From Octopus vulgaris (Eukaryota), in NCBI GenBank assembly GCA_951406725.2, contig OX597815.1:100068001-100132000 (forward strand): 64,000 nucleotides of DNA, written 5' to 3'. Numbering within the stretch: position 1 is the stretch's first letter; every line of letters begins with the position of its first letter. Made by a program: the position numbers and the translations under genes. Positions 41,895 to 58,807 of this stretch are shown piece by piece. The notes beneath the pieces are model-generated. The model had not been told where the DNA came from and ran no database searches. It worked only from the letters and a program-made list of their open reading frames with translations.

Positions 41895-43185
41895 AAGTTA
41901 GATGTTATGGCCAGTCATAGAGTGACCATTGGCTTTGCACTTATAAAACGCTTGGTAGTATAAGCTGCTAGTCAGACCCAAATGGCCGAAGACGCATAAT
42001 CTCTCTACAACTAGAGGAAGAAATACGCTGCGGTCAGTTAGTTTAGTAATTAAAAAATATTAGTCCGTGCCGGGATTTTACATAGGTTTCGGCTGTGATG
42101 ATATTCGATGGGACTGCGATAGGCCTATTAACGAATGGAGAATTCCAAGTTTGTAGTATGAGGTACCCCTGGGTCGTATGATGTTTAAAAGTAGAAGCAA
42201 CCCCGTACATAATTAAATGGAAATTCTTTGAACAACCGGGAAATTATATAAATGGGAGCAAATTATGTAGGCTTTGCTTCGCAGAGAGAGCATGAAGCCT
42301 AAAAAAATTCACTTGACCCGGGGACCTTTTTAAACTCCAGGGAAAACGTGTTTAGTCAATGCCCACACCTAGAACGTTTTATACTACAAACACTTATATA
42401 TTCGTTTCAAGCGATGGAAAAAGTATTATTTTAAAATAGGATTGTAATATCTTAATTAACACGGGTATACCGCAGAGTCCGAAAATTGCAATATTCGTCT
42501 TTAGAGTGTCAAACAGCATACAAGTAGTGGCGGTGGAATTGCTAAATTTATATTTCTCCTTCCATTAGCATCATCAATAGCAAGTATTTACAAGGAACCG
42601 CACGCTTAAATAAATTTAGCCTCTATTGATATAGAAACACAATGACTAACAAATCACTTGCTTTGCAAACAGCCAGCAGGTTGGATAAAAATTCATTAGC
42701 AAGGCAAGAAGTATTAATTCAGAATGGTGATTTTACCCAGCCTACTAGACGATTTTTGTCCACTACAAACATATTTCAATGCTTTTTAGCACTATATTTC
42801 TATATGCAGAAAACTATACACATCGACATCCATATTTACTTAACAACCAGCCTACCTATCTACATACATACACACACATACTTACATACATGCATACATA
42901 CATACATACATACATACATACATACATACATACATACATACATACATACACACACACATACATACATACATACATACATACATACATACATACATACATA
43001 CATACATACATACATACATACATACATACATACATGAGTGTATCATTTAATTATTTAATATTTATCACTCATTAGATGGAGTACTATTTTTGTTGATCCT
43101 ACCGTAACGGAACAATAAACTAAAAATTTATATATGTATATGTATGTATATACATGTGTGTATGTGAGTGCATGCATTTATATAT

Positions 43186-43628
<443 letters not shown>

Positions 43629-43629
43629 C

Positions 43630-44420
43630 GCTCTAACCACTGAGCGCGCAAGAGATACAAAGGGAGTGGATTTCTTATACATTACACTCGACTTACATAC
43701 TGGCCTTTATTTCCCTTATCACAAACCTAATGAGAATCTAAACTGTATGAATAAGCTTCCCTGCCATCCAAGATTAATTATCAACGAACAATTCAAAACC
43801 ATATCAATCAACAAATAAGTCATCTTCAACAAGAATGCTCGGTACTACGACGGGATCCAACGTAGAAAAAGCTATAACAAACATATCAAATACTTAGATA
43901 ATAATTTTAAACCTCTCATCAATAAAGGTATAAAAGAAAGAATAATATAATGTCTAAGACTCTAGATATGAAGAACCATCGAAAAGAAATAATGTAAATA
44001 ATCCACAAAGAATAGTAACTTTCAGAACTTAACGGGGAATCATAATTATAGTCAAGCCAACAATAACGATGACAAACACACTACCAACAGAAAGGAAATA
44101 CCCAACGCAGTAATTAATCATTAGGTCCGATATACATTGTATCAATGCAAATATAGACCCCCATCAAAACCAGCAATAATCACATAACCATATCCTGAGT
44201 ATAACTAAATACGATAAGGTAAGGCTTGGGAAACGTAATGTAACCTGGTATAGGCCTCCATATTCGATGCAGTAAAAATCAATATCCCAAAAATCATTCT
44301 TTAACATCGTGAAGAAAAGCTTCCATCCCCAGCACGAATATCAATCTCATCCACAGTTAAACTATCCTGTTCAACTACACCAAATTTAGCAAACACCATA
44401 ACAACTGCAGGCCACTATAA
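43630..44420 (+). mobile_element. Degraded Penelope-like element RT C-terminal/thumb fragment
   Basis: VDFLYITLDLHTGLYFPYHKPN...NKLPCHP in ORF 43561-43818, and RNVTWYRPPYS near 44235. Confidence 0.7.
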
Positions 44421-44724
44421 ACTAAGATCAAACAGCTCAAAAGAAGAGAATAATTCAATTTTAAATAGGACTACTGATAATTGTAAAAATCCGAAGTGCT
44501 TAGTAATTGAAAAATGCCCTTTCTACTTCAGACATAACTAATCTAACATACTTAAATACATCCAACATATTGGATATTACATACAAGCTCACTGAAACTA
44601 AACTAAATATGAATTAACACAAATAAATCTATCATTGCCACTGCTGATATTGCCATCGTTGCTAATGCTGACACTGATACTACTACTAATAGCAATATTA
44701 TTACGACTGTTGCTGCTGCTGCTG

Positions 44725-44793
<69 letters not shown>

Positions 44794-44927
44794 TTACTAC
44801 TATTATGAGAGTGCTGGTGATAGCGATGGTTGTGGTGGACTTCGTCGAAATGATATTGATTAGTAATAACAATAATAGTAAGAACAACAACACTAACAAT
44901 AATAACAACAACAACTGCAACAACAAA

Positions 44928-45117
44928 CTTGAAGTTAAAATATAAAAGATGTGGCATCTTAAAACAAAAACTGTTCCTGTCATTTTAGGTGCACTAGGTA
45001 TGATAAAAAATGGTGGTGTTAGAAACATCTAGACAACATCCCAGGAGAACCGTATCTTAGTGACATCCAAAAGATTGTGTTAACAAGTACCGCCTTAGAA
45101 AAACCCTATCAATTTAA
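44928..45117 (+). mobile_element. R4/Dong-type LINE C-terminal (restriction-like endonuclease end) fragment
   Basis: MWHLKTKTVPVILGALGMI then, frameshifted, HLDNIPGEPYLSDIQKIVLTSTA; preceded by (AAC/AAT)n. Confidence 0.75.
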
Positions 45118-46420
45118 ATGTTTGTGTTGTGCTATATGAATGTATTCCAGTACTGCCCTCACTTCTTCCTCTTTTTCAACTTATATTCAGTTATATTCCT
45201 CTCTTTCCAGTTATATTCAAACATCTTTTGACCGTCATTTGCCTCAGACCTGTACCAGTAATTCAAAATTACAACCTTGTCACACTGTGTATCACGTTGA
45301 TTCTGCTTGTGAATTACGTTATGGATACACATGTCTGTGAAATGTAAGCTAATTCAATGCATAGCAAATTCATTTACTCCAACTAGTGAATACTCATCGT
45401 CGAAACATAAAAAGAACCAGATAGATAGTGATGTAAATGTATGTGTGTGTGTATGTGTGCAACCGCGCCAGTGTATGCCTATGTATGTATGTGTGTACGT
45501 AAGTAACTAACAAAATAAATAGGTGTCTAAGTAAAACATTATCAAAAACTAATAAAACGCAAAGAAAAAGATTTACCTAATCTTTGTGATATACTAAATA
45601 ACATTGAAATAATAGCAGAAGAAACACATTTTCAAAAGCATAACTTTAAAAATTTCAGTCATTTTCCAACAGTGAGTGAATCATTAAGTAGATAGACAAT
45701 GAATAAATGGCTTGTAACGTGGTGAGGTAGAAGTTGGTAACAATAACATATAAGAGAACAGAAATATATTTTTTTAGTTTCATAGAGTCAAAGACTAGAA
45801 TTGTTTTTAAACATTATACATGTACTCCATTTTTCTAATCTCACTATCCATGGATTTAGCAATATTTTGAAAGCTTTCTTAATAGTAGGTGATGTATTTA
45901 CTCACATATACGAAATACATTTCTCAGAAGGCGAAAACATTTAATGCATATAGGTATAGATAAATACCTGGAAGCCGGCGTACGTATATAAGTGTGTATG
46001 CATGTATATACATGCAGAGCTATACGTTAGTAAGCAATTGCTTTTAGATATACATATGTACATTAATATAAATATGAAAGCAAGGTGAAAGTAATCGAGG
46101 GGGAGGTTATACAAATATTAACATTCATGTAGATTTATTTGTGTTCACGCAAGATTTGGCAATGTATTGTGATTACGATTGTACATTTTTTTATGAATAT
46201 ATGTATAGTAGATGAAGGTATAGGGCAGGTGAGGGTTAGAATAATTCGTACTTGCATGGAATACATGATATATAAATTTATAACGTTTATGTATATGTAT
46301 ATATATATAGAGATAGATAGATAGAAAGATAGATAGATAGATAGAAAGATAGATATATACATAGATACATATACACATATATATACATACACATTTAAAT
46401 ACATATATTTATAGATATAG

Positions 46421-46461
<41 letters not shown>

Positions 46462-46477
46462 TATACATAAATATAAT

Positions 46478-46586
<109 letters not shown>

Positions 46587-46724
46587 GATATACATACACA
46601 TATATATACACATATATATATATATATATATACATATATATAATATATATATATATAGATATATACATATATATATATATATATACATATATATACATAC
46701 ACATATATATATACATAAATATAA

Positions 46725-46786
<62 letters not shown>

Positions 46787-46883
46787 TGTGTGTGTGTGTG
46801 TGTTTTTATATATATATATACATATATATGTGCATATACATACATACACATATATATATATATGCATATATATGAAGATATAG

Positions 46884-46946
<63 letters not shown>

Positions 46947-47448
46947 TATACATACACATATATATATACATAAATATAATTATGTAGGTGTGTGTGTGTG
47001 TACATGGATATATCATTTGGTGCTAACTAGCTTTTTTGTATTGGCATATGCCCGTGTACATGAGCGTATATGTTTATATACAATTATGTATATGTGTGTG
47101 TATATCTGTGTGTGTGGGTGTATAGAAGTATATATCAAAACAGATGCACACACACACACACACACACACACGAAAACGCATTAATACATACATATACGTA
47201 GATACACAAGCCATTAAAGATGTGCTATTCTGAGTTTTTGTCTTTCGTTCTTTCTCTCTCTCCCCTTTCTGTGTGTGTCTCTCTCTCACTCTCTCTCTCT
47301 CTTTCTCTCACTTTTTCTCCCGTTCTCTCTTTCTCTCATAGACACACACATTCACATACACACCATTACTTTCATACTATTATTTTTACACCACTTCCTT
47401 CTACCAAAAACGCCACTGATGCAGGTACTCACACACTCGCACACACAA

Positions 47449-47510
<62 letters not shown>

Positions 47511-47667
47511 CACACACGTACATGCTTGCACTCACACACACATACACACCCAGAATAATATGAAGCTGGAGGGTAGAAGAACACGCGTAAAATATATCTT
47601 AGCATCATATCATTGCCACAGACTGAACACGAGGTGCATATATATATATATATGTGTGTGTGTGTGA

Positions 47668-47719
<52 letters not shown>

Positions 47720-47763
47720 TTGCGTCTGTACATATATATTTCTATATATGCAATATATATATA

Positions 47764-47842
<79 letters not shown>

Positions 47843-48262
47843 CCCTGTTAACAATGATGGCAACACCTCTATTTAAGTATACTATACTCGATAGTGATCG
47901 ATTACCTCATATCAGCGGTGACAAACGGACAGACAAAATGCCATATCAGTCAAAATCGTCATGATTGAGCAGTCATGCGTTTAAATGAATGTTAAAAAAA
48001 AATACGTGTTTATATTGTATTGAAAATTCCATCTTCAGCTTGTCATTGTTAGTGACTAAGTAACTACTGTAATATTTTTGTAGACATAGCTATGTTTATA
48101 CGTGTGATGTATCACGTATGTATTTATGTATGTATGTAAGTATGTATGTAAGTATGTATGTATGTATGTATGTATGTATGTATGTATGTATGTATGTATG
48201 TATGTATGTATGTATGTATGTATATATCTATGTATGTATGTGTATATACACAGAAACACACG

Positions 48263-48319
<57 letters not shown>

Positions 48320-48407
48320 TTCTTGTGATACGTATCAGTATGTTTGTGCGCATGTGTTTGTGTGTGCGTGTATGTGTGTGTATGCGTGTGCGTGTGTATG
48401 TGTGTGC

Positions 48408-48444
<37 letters not shown>

Positions 48445-48550
48445 TGTAGATATATAATAAGTGGCAGTTAAAGAGTAGAACCTGAATATAGATAAACATG
48501 TGTAGGTAGATGTAAATGACAGACACAGAGAATGGAAGAAAACCTCATGC

Positions 48551-48592
<42 letters not shown>

Positions 48593-48758
48593 GCGCATCC
48601 GAGTGTATGTACACACACATACACGTACACACACTTACACATCCACAAATACGCGAATATAAATAAACATCCACAAAGTACGCGATATAGACTGACAGAT
48701 ATGACATACAGTTGCATACATGACAGATAGACATACATACATACATACATACATACAT

Positions 48759-48882
<124 letters not shown>

Positions 48883-49250
48883 TACTAAAAAATGATCGCT
48901 TTATAAAAGAACAAGAAGCAATCATTTTTAGAGGAAACCTTTCTTCCCCACAAAATATGCCAGCCATCCACACCAAGCCACTACAAGACAATCACGCCAT
49001 ACCCCTACCACTCACTAACGAGCACCTTTCCTGTCATCTCCTGTCCGAATCTTTGCGTTTTCATTTTAATATTTGTTTTGTTTTTTTGCCGCTTTATATG
49101 TATATGTTTAAATATATGTGTGTATATGCGTGGGTGCGTGTGTGTGTCTGTGTAAACATAAAATCCATATCTAAGAATGAATGTAATGTATGGATAAGGA
49201 TAGATGAATATAAATAGATAGATGTCGATATGTATATGTATGTATGTATG

Positions 49251-49307
<57 letters not shown>

Positions 49308-49621
49308 GCACAAAAAAAAAAATATCACACAAATATATTTACATCATATATGTGTGTTTGGCTATGGATAAATGTGTGTGAGAATGTGTGTATACTCATA
49401 AATATATTTATATTAATACATATATAGCTATATATATATAAGTGTGTGGGTGTGTGCATGTCTGTGTGTGTCTATGTGTATCTTTGTGTGTATGTGGTGT
49501 GTGTGCGTGCAATTTCACTAACATGCTCACATGCACAGTACATGTGCATCTATTTCTCTTCAGTACACATGTATTAATTTCGCAAAGTCATGCGTAGGGT
49601 GAGATAATTGTACATTTACAT

Positions 49622-49686
<65 letters not shown>

Positions 49687-50196
49687 CATACATACATGCA
49701 TGCATACATATATACACAGATGCGCACACACATTATATATATATGTGTGTGTGTGTGCTTATATATATGTATGTGTGCGATAGCATGTGGGTATATGTGT
49801 TATGTGCATGTATAAATACATATATCTGTACAAAAAACAAAAATAACATTGATATATAACAGAAAAGTGCTAAAGATATAAAGGTATCACTTGTAAGTAA
49901 ATATAGAAAACCATTTACTGGTCGTAAATGGTTTTATGTTGTATCAACATTCTTCAGCAAATGCGAATTATAGTAAATGAAAGAATGCTATGAAAAATAT
50001 GTAATTGTAAATGCTTTTATGTACACATCGGAGTGCTCAACGTGGTGTGTGTAGGTATAGAAATAATATTGATATATAATACATAAGTGATTATTACGCT
50101 AGCGTAGAATTTATTATAATATGTAGCACAATTATTTGGACCTTGATAATTTCATTTATATCAACGATCTTCAGCAAAACAAGTTACAAGGACTTT

Positions 50197-50291
<95 letters not shown>

Positions 50292-50302
50292 GGATGGATG
50301 GA

Positions 50303-50499
50303 TATGTTTCTTTATTAGCCACACAGGGCTGCACACAGACGGGACAAATTACAAGGTAGAGCGTTTTCTTTTTGGAGATAAAAAAAATGGGGGGTTGGTT
50401 TTCGATCAAAAGGGATCGTAAAAAGAAAGAAAGAGGAAAGCAAAAAAAAGGGTGGGAATAAAAGGAAAAAGAAAAAAATCGATCAATAGGGATCGTTAT
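50303..50499 (-). mobile_element. L1/Tx1-type LINE 3' UTR fragment with (TATC)n tail
   Basis: Homologous to 10531-10750; (GATA)n at ~50198-50290. Confidence 0.85.
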
Positions 50500-50500
50500 T

Positions 50501-51100
50501 GCACTAAGTAGCCACATAGACTCTTGCGCTAGAGACAAAAATCCTAAATTTCACATATTCCCTTTCTACCAATGTAAAGACGGAATCTCTACACAAGAAA
50601 GAATCAACAAGGAGAATCATTTTATTGAAAAATTCCAAACGCATCGTAATATGCAAACTCCACGATCACCATACTCTTTTTTCTAGCATCCTATCAGACA
50701 AAAAATTTATATAGGCATCCTGTTTTACAAAAAATCCATCATTCCAATTGAAGAGCATAAAATCCACAGAGTTGTCTCCCCTTACTAACAGGAACTAGAT
50801 AACTCCTACCCCATTTCCTGTTTTGACACACATTTACCAAACGCTTTAAACCAAGCACTGGATCTTAATCCTCCAAAGAAAATTTTCAAGAACATTATTG
50901 AAAAGCTTAAAGACTTACAATGTATTGGTATACTTATTTATTAATTTTTGTATATATGTATCATTATTTTTTTTGAAAAAACATTGTAAATTTCTTGTTT
51001 CCCCTTCCTCAATTTAAAAAAAAATTCTATTCCCCTTCTAAATCTTGAAAATTTGCCTTGCTATGAAAACTGGTTTGATTTATTAGTATTTTTTTTCCAT
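50501..51100 (+). mobile_element. Penelope-like element 3' end (end of GIY-YIG domain plus 3' region)
   Basis: LSSHIDSCARDKNPKFHIFPFYQCKDGISTQERINKENHFIEKFQ resembles PLE endonuclease C-termini; decayed HHR-like motif at ~51040-51082. Confidence 0.6.
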
Positions 51101-51192
51101 ACACCCATTTTTATTAAAATTTACTTTCAATTTAGCATTCTGGCTTATTATAATTTTTGCTCGTGCGATCAACACAACCCCACTATTTACTG

Positions 51193-51240
<48 letters not shown>

Positions 51241-51322
51241 GACGGGATTCTTTCAGTTTCCATCTACCAAATTCACTCACAAGGCCAATAGTAGAAAGAA
51301 TTATTATCATTATTATCATTAT

Positions 51323-51387
<65 letters not shown>

Positions 51388-52796
51388 ACTCAATAGAAAT
51401 CACACGGCCCGTAAAGAAGCGAAGTGAAATACCTCGTCTTGCCTAGGAGCTTAGGGTGATGGTTTTGACGTTATATTTCAACGCTGCACGACCTTTAACC
51501 ACCATTAGCTGATTGCATTAATTCGAGCGGGGATGGATGTGGTCAAAAAATATTTCAGTAATTTCTCTCTTCCTGAAATAGCATGGAGATAGAGCAGCAA
51601 CCCCTGTTAATATGGCTGATTTATCACATAAATGAAGTACAAAAAATATATATATATGACATACGATATGCAGGAAAAAATATATGATTCACGGTCTGAC
51701 ACATGCTCACCTGCGCCATCACCACTACCATAACCACACATTTCAGTATACACATACACACTCACATATATATATATACACACACACAAGCACACTTACA
51801 CGTGTGTGTGTGAGTACAGTGTACATATAGCCCTACATATATATATACATTGTACACACATACATATATACACATACATATATACACATACATATATGTC
51901 TGTGTATTCGTAGAATATATATATATATATATACACATACACACATATACATACACACACACACACATATGTATAAACACATATATACAACATATACATA
52001 CACACACACACACATATATATATACATATTTTCGTATACATACATACATACATACATACATACGTATGTATGTATATGTATAGATAAATATACAGACAGA
52101 CAGACAGTCAGACAGAGACACAGAAATGTATATAAGTGGAGGGTGGTAGGAAGAGAGGTACAAAATAACAGGGAGAGTAAAATCTTGTACATATAATGAC
52201 AGACAAAACAGAACAAGATTAAAAGGAAACAGGTTAAGAAGAGAATCGCCATAGATAGATTGATAAAGAAATGGATACACAGAGAGGTAGTTAGCTGTAT
52301 CCATCTATCCCCACATAGATAGGGACATATCTGTGTATATATAGGAATATATACATACCTGAATGTATATATTCTTTCATACTGTCACATATGTATTTGA
52401 AGATTTATACATACACCTACACAAATATACGCACGCACATACATACATGCATACATACATACATGCATACATAGACACATGCATACATACATACACACAT
52501 ACATGCATACCTATAAACAAGCACACATACATACATACACACATATACACACATACATATATACATACATACACACACATGCATGCATACATACATATAT
52601 ACAAACATACACACACATGTATGCATACATACATACATACATACATACATACATACATACATACATACATACATACATACATACATACATACATACATAC
52701 ATACATACATACTGCCTAAATACCAATCTTGAGAAATTGGGCTTCTCAAACACCAGAAAGCTCCGAAAATCAATTCGAAAACTCCATCGAAATAAC

Positions 52797-52828
<32 letters not shown>

Positions 52829-53766
52829 AGTCTCTCTCTCTCCCCTCTCTCTCCCCTCTCACTCTCTATCTATCTATCTCTTTGCATCTATCTCTAGCTC
52901 TCTCTATCTAGGCATCTATCTTTCTATCTATATATCTCAAAAGGAATGATGATAGAAAAGACTCAAAAGCAGTTTAGACTGTCTTCGAATATCATATTGT
53001 AGAAGAGTATTTCCTTGACAGGAGTGGCAAAACAATTGCATCAACCAGTTAACCAAAATGCTCAAAAACAAGAAGATCAAAAACTAAGTAGATCAACCAC
53101 TTTCACTTTTAAGTGAACTCCTCAAGAAGTACTCAATCGTCGAGAAATGGCACCAAATACTTGCATCAATTTTACTCCGCTCAAAGTAGTGGAAGGCCAT
53201 GTAGTTGGATTTTTTTCTAGTTGTATTGCTTAGCCGAATGAAAGGCAATACTTATGGACCTTTGAATGACCCCTTTATCCATGGTTAAGCCTGAATGTAG
53301 AGACGGAGTAAACTATCCTCAGTCTGGAGACTTGAACCGAACGCTAATAAAGGTGTCTAAAGAGCCAGGTTTTAGTGAGATTTCAACTCTGAATACAACG
53401 AACCTGAGTAAATATGTCCTTTCTAACGCTTTACCATTTCCACCAATCCACCTCCCTAAATTAGTACGATATTTATTGACTCCAATAGCTGGAATGAATA
53501 CCATTTGTCCGACTTTTCCGGCACTTTCTGGTGTTTCTGCAAATACGCCCTCTAGAAGGATGACAGACTAAGTCAAATTGGATAGGATTGGCACACAGAA
53601 TGTATGGGGGTGTAACACAACACCGTTCTTAACATCCACTATCATTACATTACATCATTGCATATGTCTTAGAAGAGATTTACACCTTTATATTCTATTT
53701 TTCTTTATCTACAATTTAATATCTTTGTTAGAAATCCATGTTAGAAATCCATGTTAGAAATCCATA

Positions 53767-53931
53767 GACGCAGTAGTGGCTGTGTAGTAAGTAGCTTGTT
53801 TACCAACCACATTGTTCCGGGTTCAGTCCCACGGCGTGGCACCTTGGGCAAGTGTCTTCTACTATAGCCTCGGGCCGACCAAAGCCTACTGAGTGGATTT
53901 GGTAGACGGAAACTGAAAGAAGCCCGTCGTA

Positions 53932-53980
<49 letters not shown>

Positions 53981-54195
53981 GTGTGTTTACGTGTCTGTGT
54001 TTGTCCCCCTAGCATTGCTTCACAACCGATGCTGGTGTGTTTATGTCCCCGTTACTTAGCGGTTCGGCAAAAGAGACCGATAGAATAAGTACTGGGCTTA
54101 CAAAAGAATAAGTCCCAGGGTCGAGTTGCTCGATTAAAGGCGGTGCTCCAGCATGGCCGCAGTCAAATGACTGAAGCAAGTAAAAGAGTAAAAGA
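53767..54195 (+). mobile_element. OK-like SINE, full length
   Basis: tRNA-like head with A/B boxes, internal (TA)n, (GTAAAAGA)n tail. Confidence 0.9.
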
Positions 54196-54429
54196 GAGAG
54201 AGTTATTTAGGTAATGCAGTTTGTCTAAATTCCTTAGCATTTATGACTAAATTAACTGTACAACTGTTCGATGTGGGATGAAAAATATCTAATACCATTT
54301 CTATTCTTTCTATATTCTAAATACTTTTAACCGAAACATTTTAGATCAATCTTAACAACAAATAATAAATTCCAATTGTTTATTTATACTCTGAATAAGC
54401 TGACCTTCTGTGGAAGTTCAAAACGTTGA

Positions 54430-54534
<105 letters not shown>

Positions 54535-55847
54535 CACACTTTCTCTTTCCATTTCCCTCTCTCTCTCTCTTTCTATCCATTTGATCTCTCTCTCATTCTC
54601 TCTCCCTTTCCCTCTCTCTCTCTCTCACTCTACTTTTTAATCTATTTTTCTATTTATCTCTCTCTATTTCTCTCCCCCTGTTTCTTTCTCTCTTCCTCGC
54701 CCTTGTCAGAGAGTTCTTGTCATTTGTGAAGCTGTTTTGTTTCGAAGTAATTCTATTGACATTACATATGCAAAACTATTGAAACAACTACTACACATCA
54801 CGCAACTACCGATTGCATTGACACCTTGTAATAAACATAGATATATGTACATCGCCTGAAACTTTGCAAGCTGCCTATCAATTAATTGCAAGATATTTAT
54901 GTACATAATTGAGGAGAATGCGTAACACCAGCGAGCGAGTTTATAAAATTGTGTCTGCGATAAGCAGGTGTATTAATGCAAAGAGAAACTGGATAAAGGC
55001 ACTGTTTTGTTAAATGGCTAACAAGAGAGAAACTAGCACCAACACAGACTAACAGTCGACTTGCAGGCTTTGCATAATCAACACGCGATGTCAACATTTC
55101 CTCTCCTGTCGCTTTCTTTTGAAAATATTATTGAGTTTGGCTGCTCTCACCAGCACACCAATAGTCTGGCATTGCTAGCAGAGAAAAAGTATAATAGAAT
55201 GACAAGGGGAGTTGTTGGAAGAGGGGGTAGTTCATTACATGTAGTTAATTGTTCGTGTTCGACTGGATGTGGTGTGAGGTCAATTTGGTCACTGCCAATC
55301 ACACCATAGTTCGCACCTACTGTTCAGCGAATATTCCACCGTTTTTCATATATGACACCATTCCAATCGTTCATTCACCGTTATCCCATATTTTATCCAG
55401 TGACTTGTCGAAGCGGGGAATGTTTTGGTAATCGTATTACGCCATGCCGGAGACTTGCGTATATTTCCAAATGACCTGATCACGATTATATATCGTTATT
55501 AATAGATACATCTCGATAGGAGCCAGTAACAGATCCACTGGCGACTAATAGATTACATCGTACCACACCAACAGAACTAGTTTGGCCAAAGTTACAAACT
55601 TATTACGACTTTATCTAATTAACGTTTCCACTGAGGTTTGTAAGTGTGAAAAGAAGAAAAAAAGAAAGCTACATTATGAAATAAAACCATGGATTGTATT
55701 TCATTTATCTTAAATTGTAAACGGTATTCATAAATATATCTGTATCTACCTAATATACCCCAGTGGTATATAAGTCGTATATATATATATATATACATAT
55801 ATTTATATGTGTGTGTATGTATGTATATATGTTTATACATATATATA

Positions 55848-55878
<31 letters not shown>

Positions 55879-55958
55879 ATATATATCTCTCTCTCTATAT
55901 ATATATATAGAGAGAGAGAGAGAGACATATATATACATACACACATATGTATATATAA

Positions 55959-56075
<117 letters not shown>

Positions 56076-56081
56076 TAGATG

Positions 56082-56470
56082 GTGGTGTAGCTGTGTGGTA
56101 AGAAGCGTGCTTTCCAACCACATGGTTCCGGATTCAGTCTCAGCACAGTGCATGGCATCTTGACCAAGTGCTTTCAACAATAGCCTCTGATCGACCAAAG
56201 CCTTGTCAGTGGATTTGGTAGATGGAAACTGAAATAAGCTCGTCGTACATATGTATGCGTGTGTCTTCGTGTCTGTATTTGTCTCCTACCACTGCTTTAC
56301 AATCGGCGCTGCTGTGTTTACATCCCCGTAACTTGCTGGTTCGGCTAAAGAAATCAACAGAATAAGTACCAAAGTTAGAAAAAATCCTGGGGTCAATTCA
56401 TTTGACTAAAGTTTTTTTTTAAGGCGGTGCCCCAGTATGGTCGCAGTCTAATGAGTGAAACACATAAGAA
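56082..56470 (+). mobile_element. OK-like SINE, diverged
   Basis: Homologous to 53767-54195. Confidence 0.8.
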
Positions 56471-56530
56471 ATAAAGAAATATGAGTATGTATGTATGTAT
56501 GTATGTATGTATGTATGTATGTATGTATGT

Positions 56531-56601
<71 letters not shown>

Positions 56602-56834
56602 TATATATATATATATGTATATACATACGACGCATAAACATTTATACGTGCGTGTGTGTATGTGTGTGTAAATGCGAGTGTCTATGTGTGCGCATGCGTA
56701 TATGTTTTTGTGTGTGTGTGTTCTTATAGTTTCACAGCGTGTATTTATGTACGTGCTATATATTGATGTGAGCTTATGTTTATATATACTTATGTGTATG
56801 TGTATTCGCGTGCATGTGATAGATAGATAGATGT

Positions 56835-56875
<41 letters not shown>

Positions 56876-56884
56876 TATAGAATA

Positions 56885-57187
56885 CAATTATAATTAAGGG
56901 CATAGAAGAGACCCTGCATATGTTGAAAGTAGACGCTAAATCGTCAAACCGCTTAGAATTATCACTTTTATAGAACACAACATGTTGAAATGAATTGCTG
57001 ATGAGGGAACGTTATTAGACTAATCCAGGAACTGATCAATCCAAGACTATTTTATGAATTTTTGTGAGCCTACTCCCTCGATTTCAGCACGTTGTGTACT
57101 ATAAAAGTGATAGTTGTAAGCGGTTTGACGATTTAGCGTCTACTTTCACCATAGGCATGATCTCTTCTATGCCCATAATTATAATTG
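56885..57187. mobile_element. MITE-like element with ~105-bp TIRs and flanking TA
   Basis: TA-CAATTATAATTAAGGGCATAGAAGAGA... / ...TCTCTTCTATGCCCATAATTATAATTG-TA. Confidence 0.75.
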
Positions 57188-57253
57188 TACTTAATAGTAT
57201 TACAATTTTCTACATATGAATTCCCCTTAATAGGTGTATATTATGTGCTGGCC

Positions 57254-58300
<1,047 letters not shown>

Positions 58301-58760
58301 TTCAATGAGCTTGTTAAACTTTTTTATATTCTCAACATGCTCTTGTCACCAAAGAATGTATATTTATATGGATTGTAGTACTCTGTGTCAACCAATATTC
58401 TGTGCATGTTTGAATATACAGATACAACACCAATACCAATATCAATTCCTTCTGGAAACTATCTTAAGCATGTCCTTGAGAACGATTATTAATGTAGTAA
58501 TATTTTGTGCCCAATATTTTAAGGAACTTGTTGAAATTTTTTATGTCCTTAACATGTCCCTGTTACCAAAGACTTTATATATGTAATGTAGCAATTTTTA
58601 ACAACAAATAATTAACGCAACCAAACTTCTACATGTTACTTTTGACAATCTTTTTCCAAAGAGTGAAACCGGCAAAGTAAATAAACATCTTTTAAATTGC
58701 ATTTTCAAACCTTCTTTCATATATAATTCCACTCGTGCGGTACCCCACAGCTCCGCTTTG

Positions 58761-58802
<42 letters not shown>

Positions 58803-58807
58803 ACGGG

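Noticed and set aside
53726-53764. Three copies of TGTTAGAAATCCA before a SINE
   Set aside because: Simple local slippage with no further structure.
56998-57085. CUGAUGA-GGGA...UCCC inside the MITE loop
   Set aside because: No GAAA or stem III follows.
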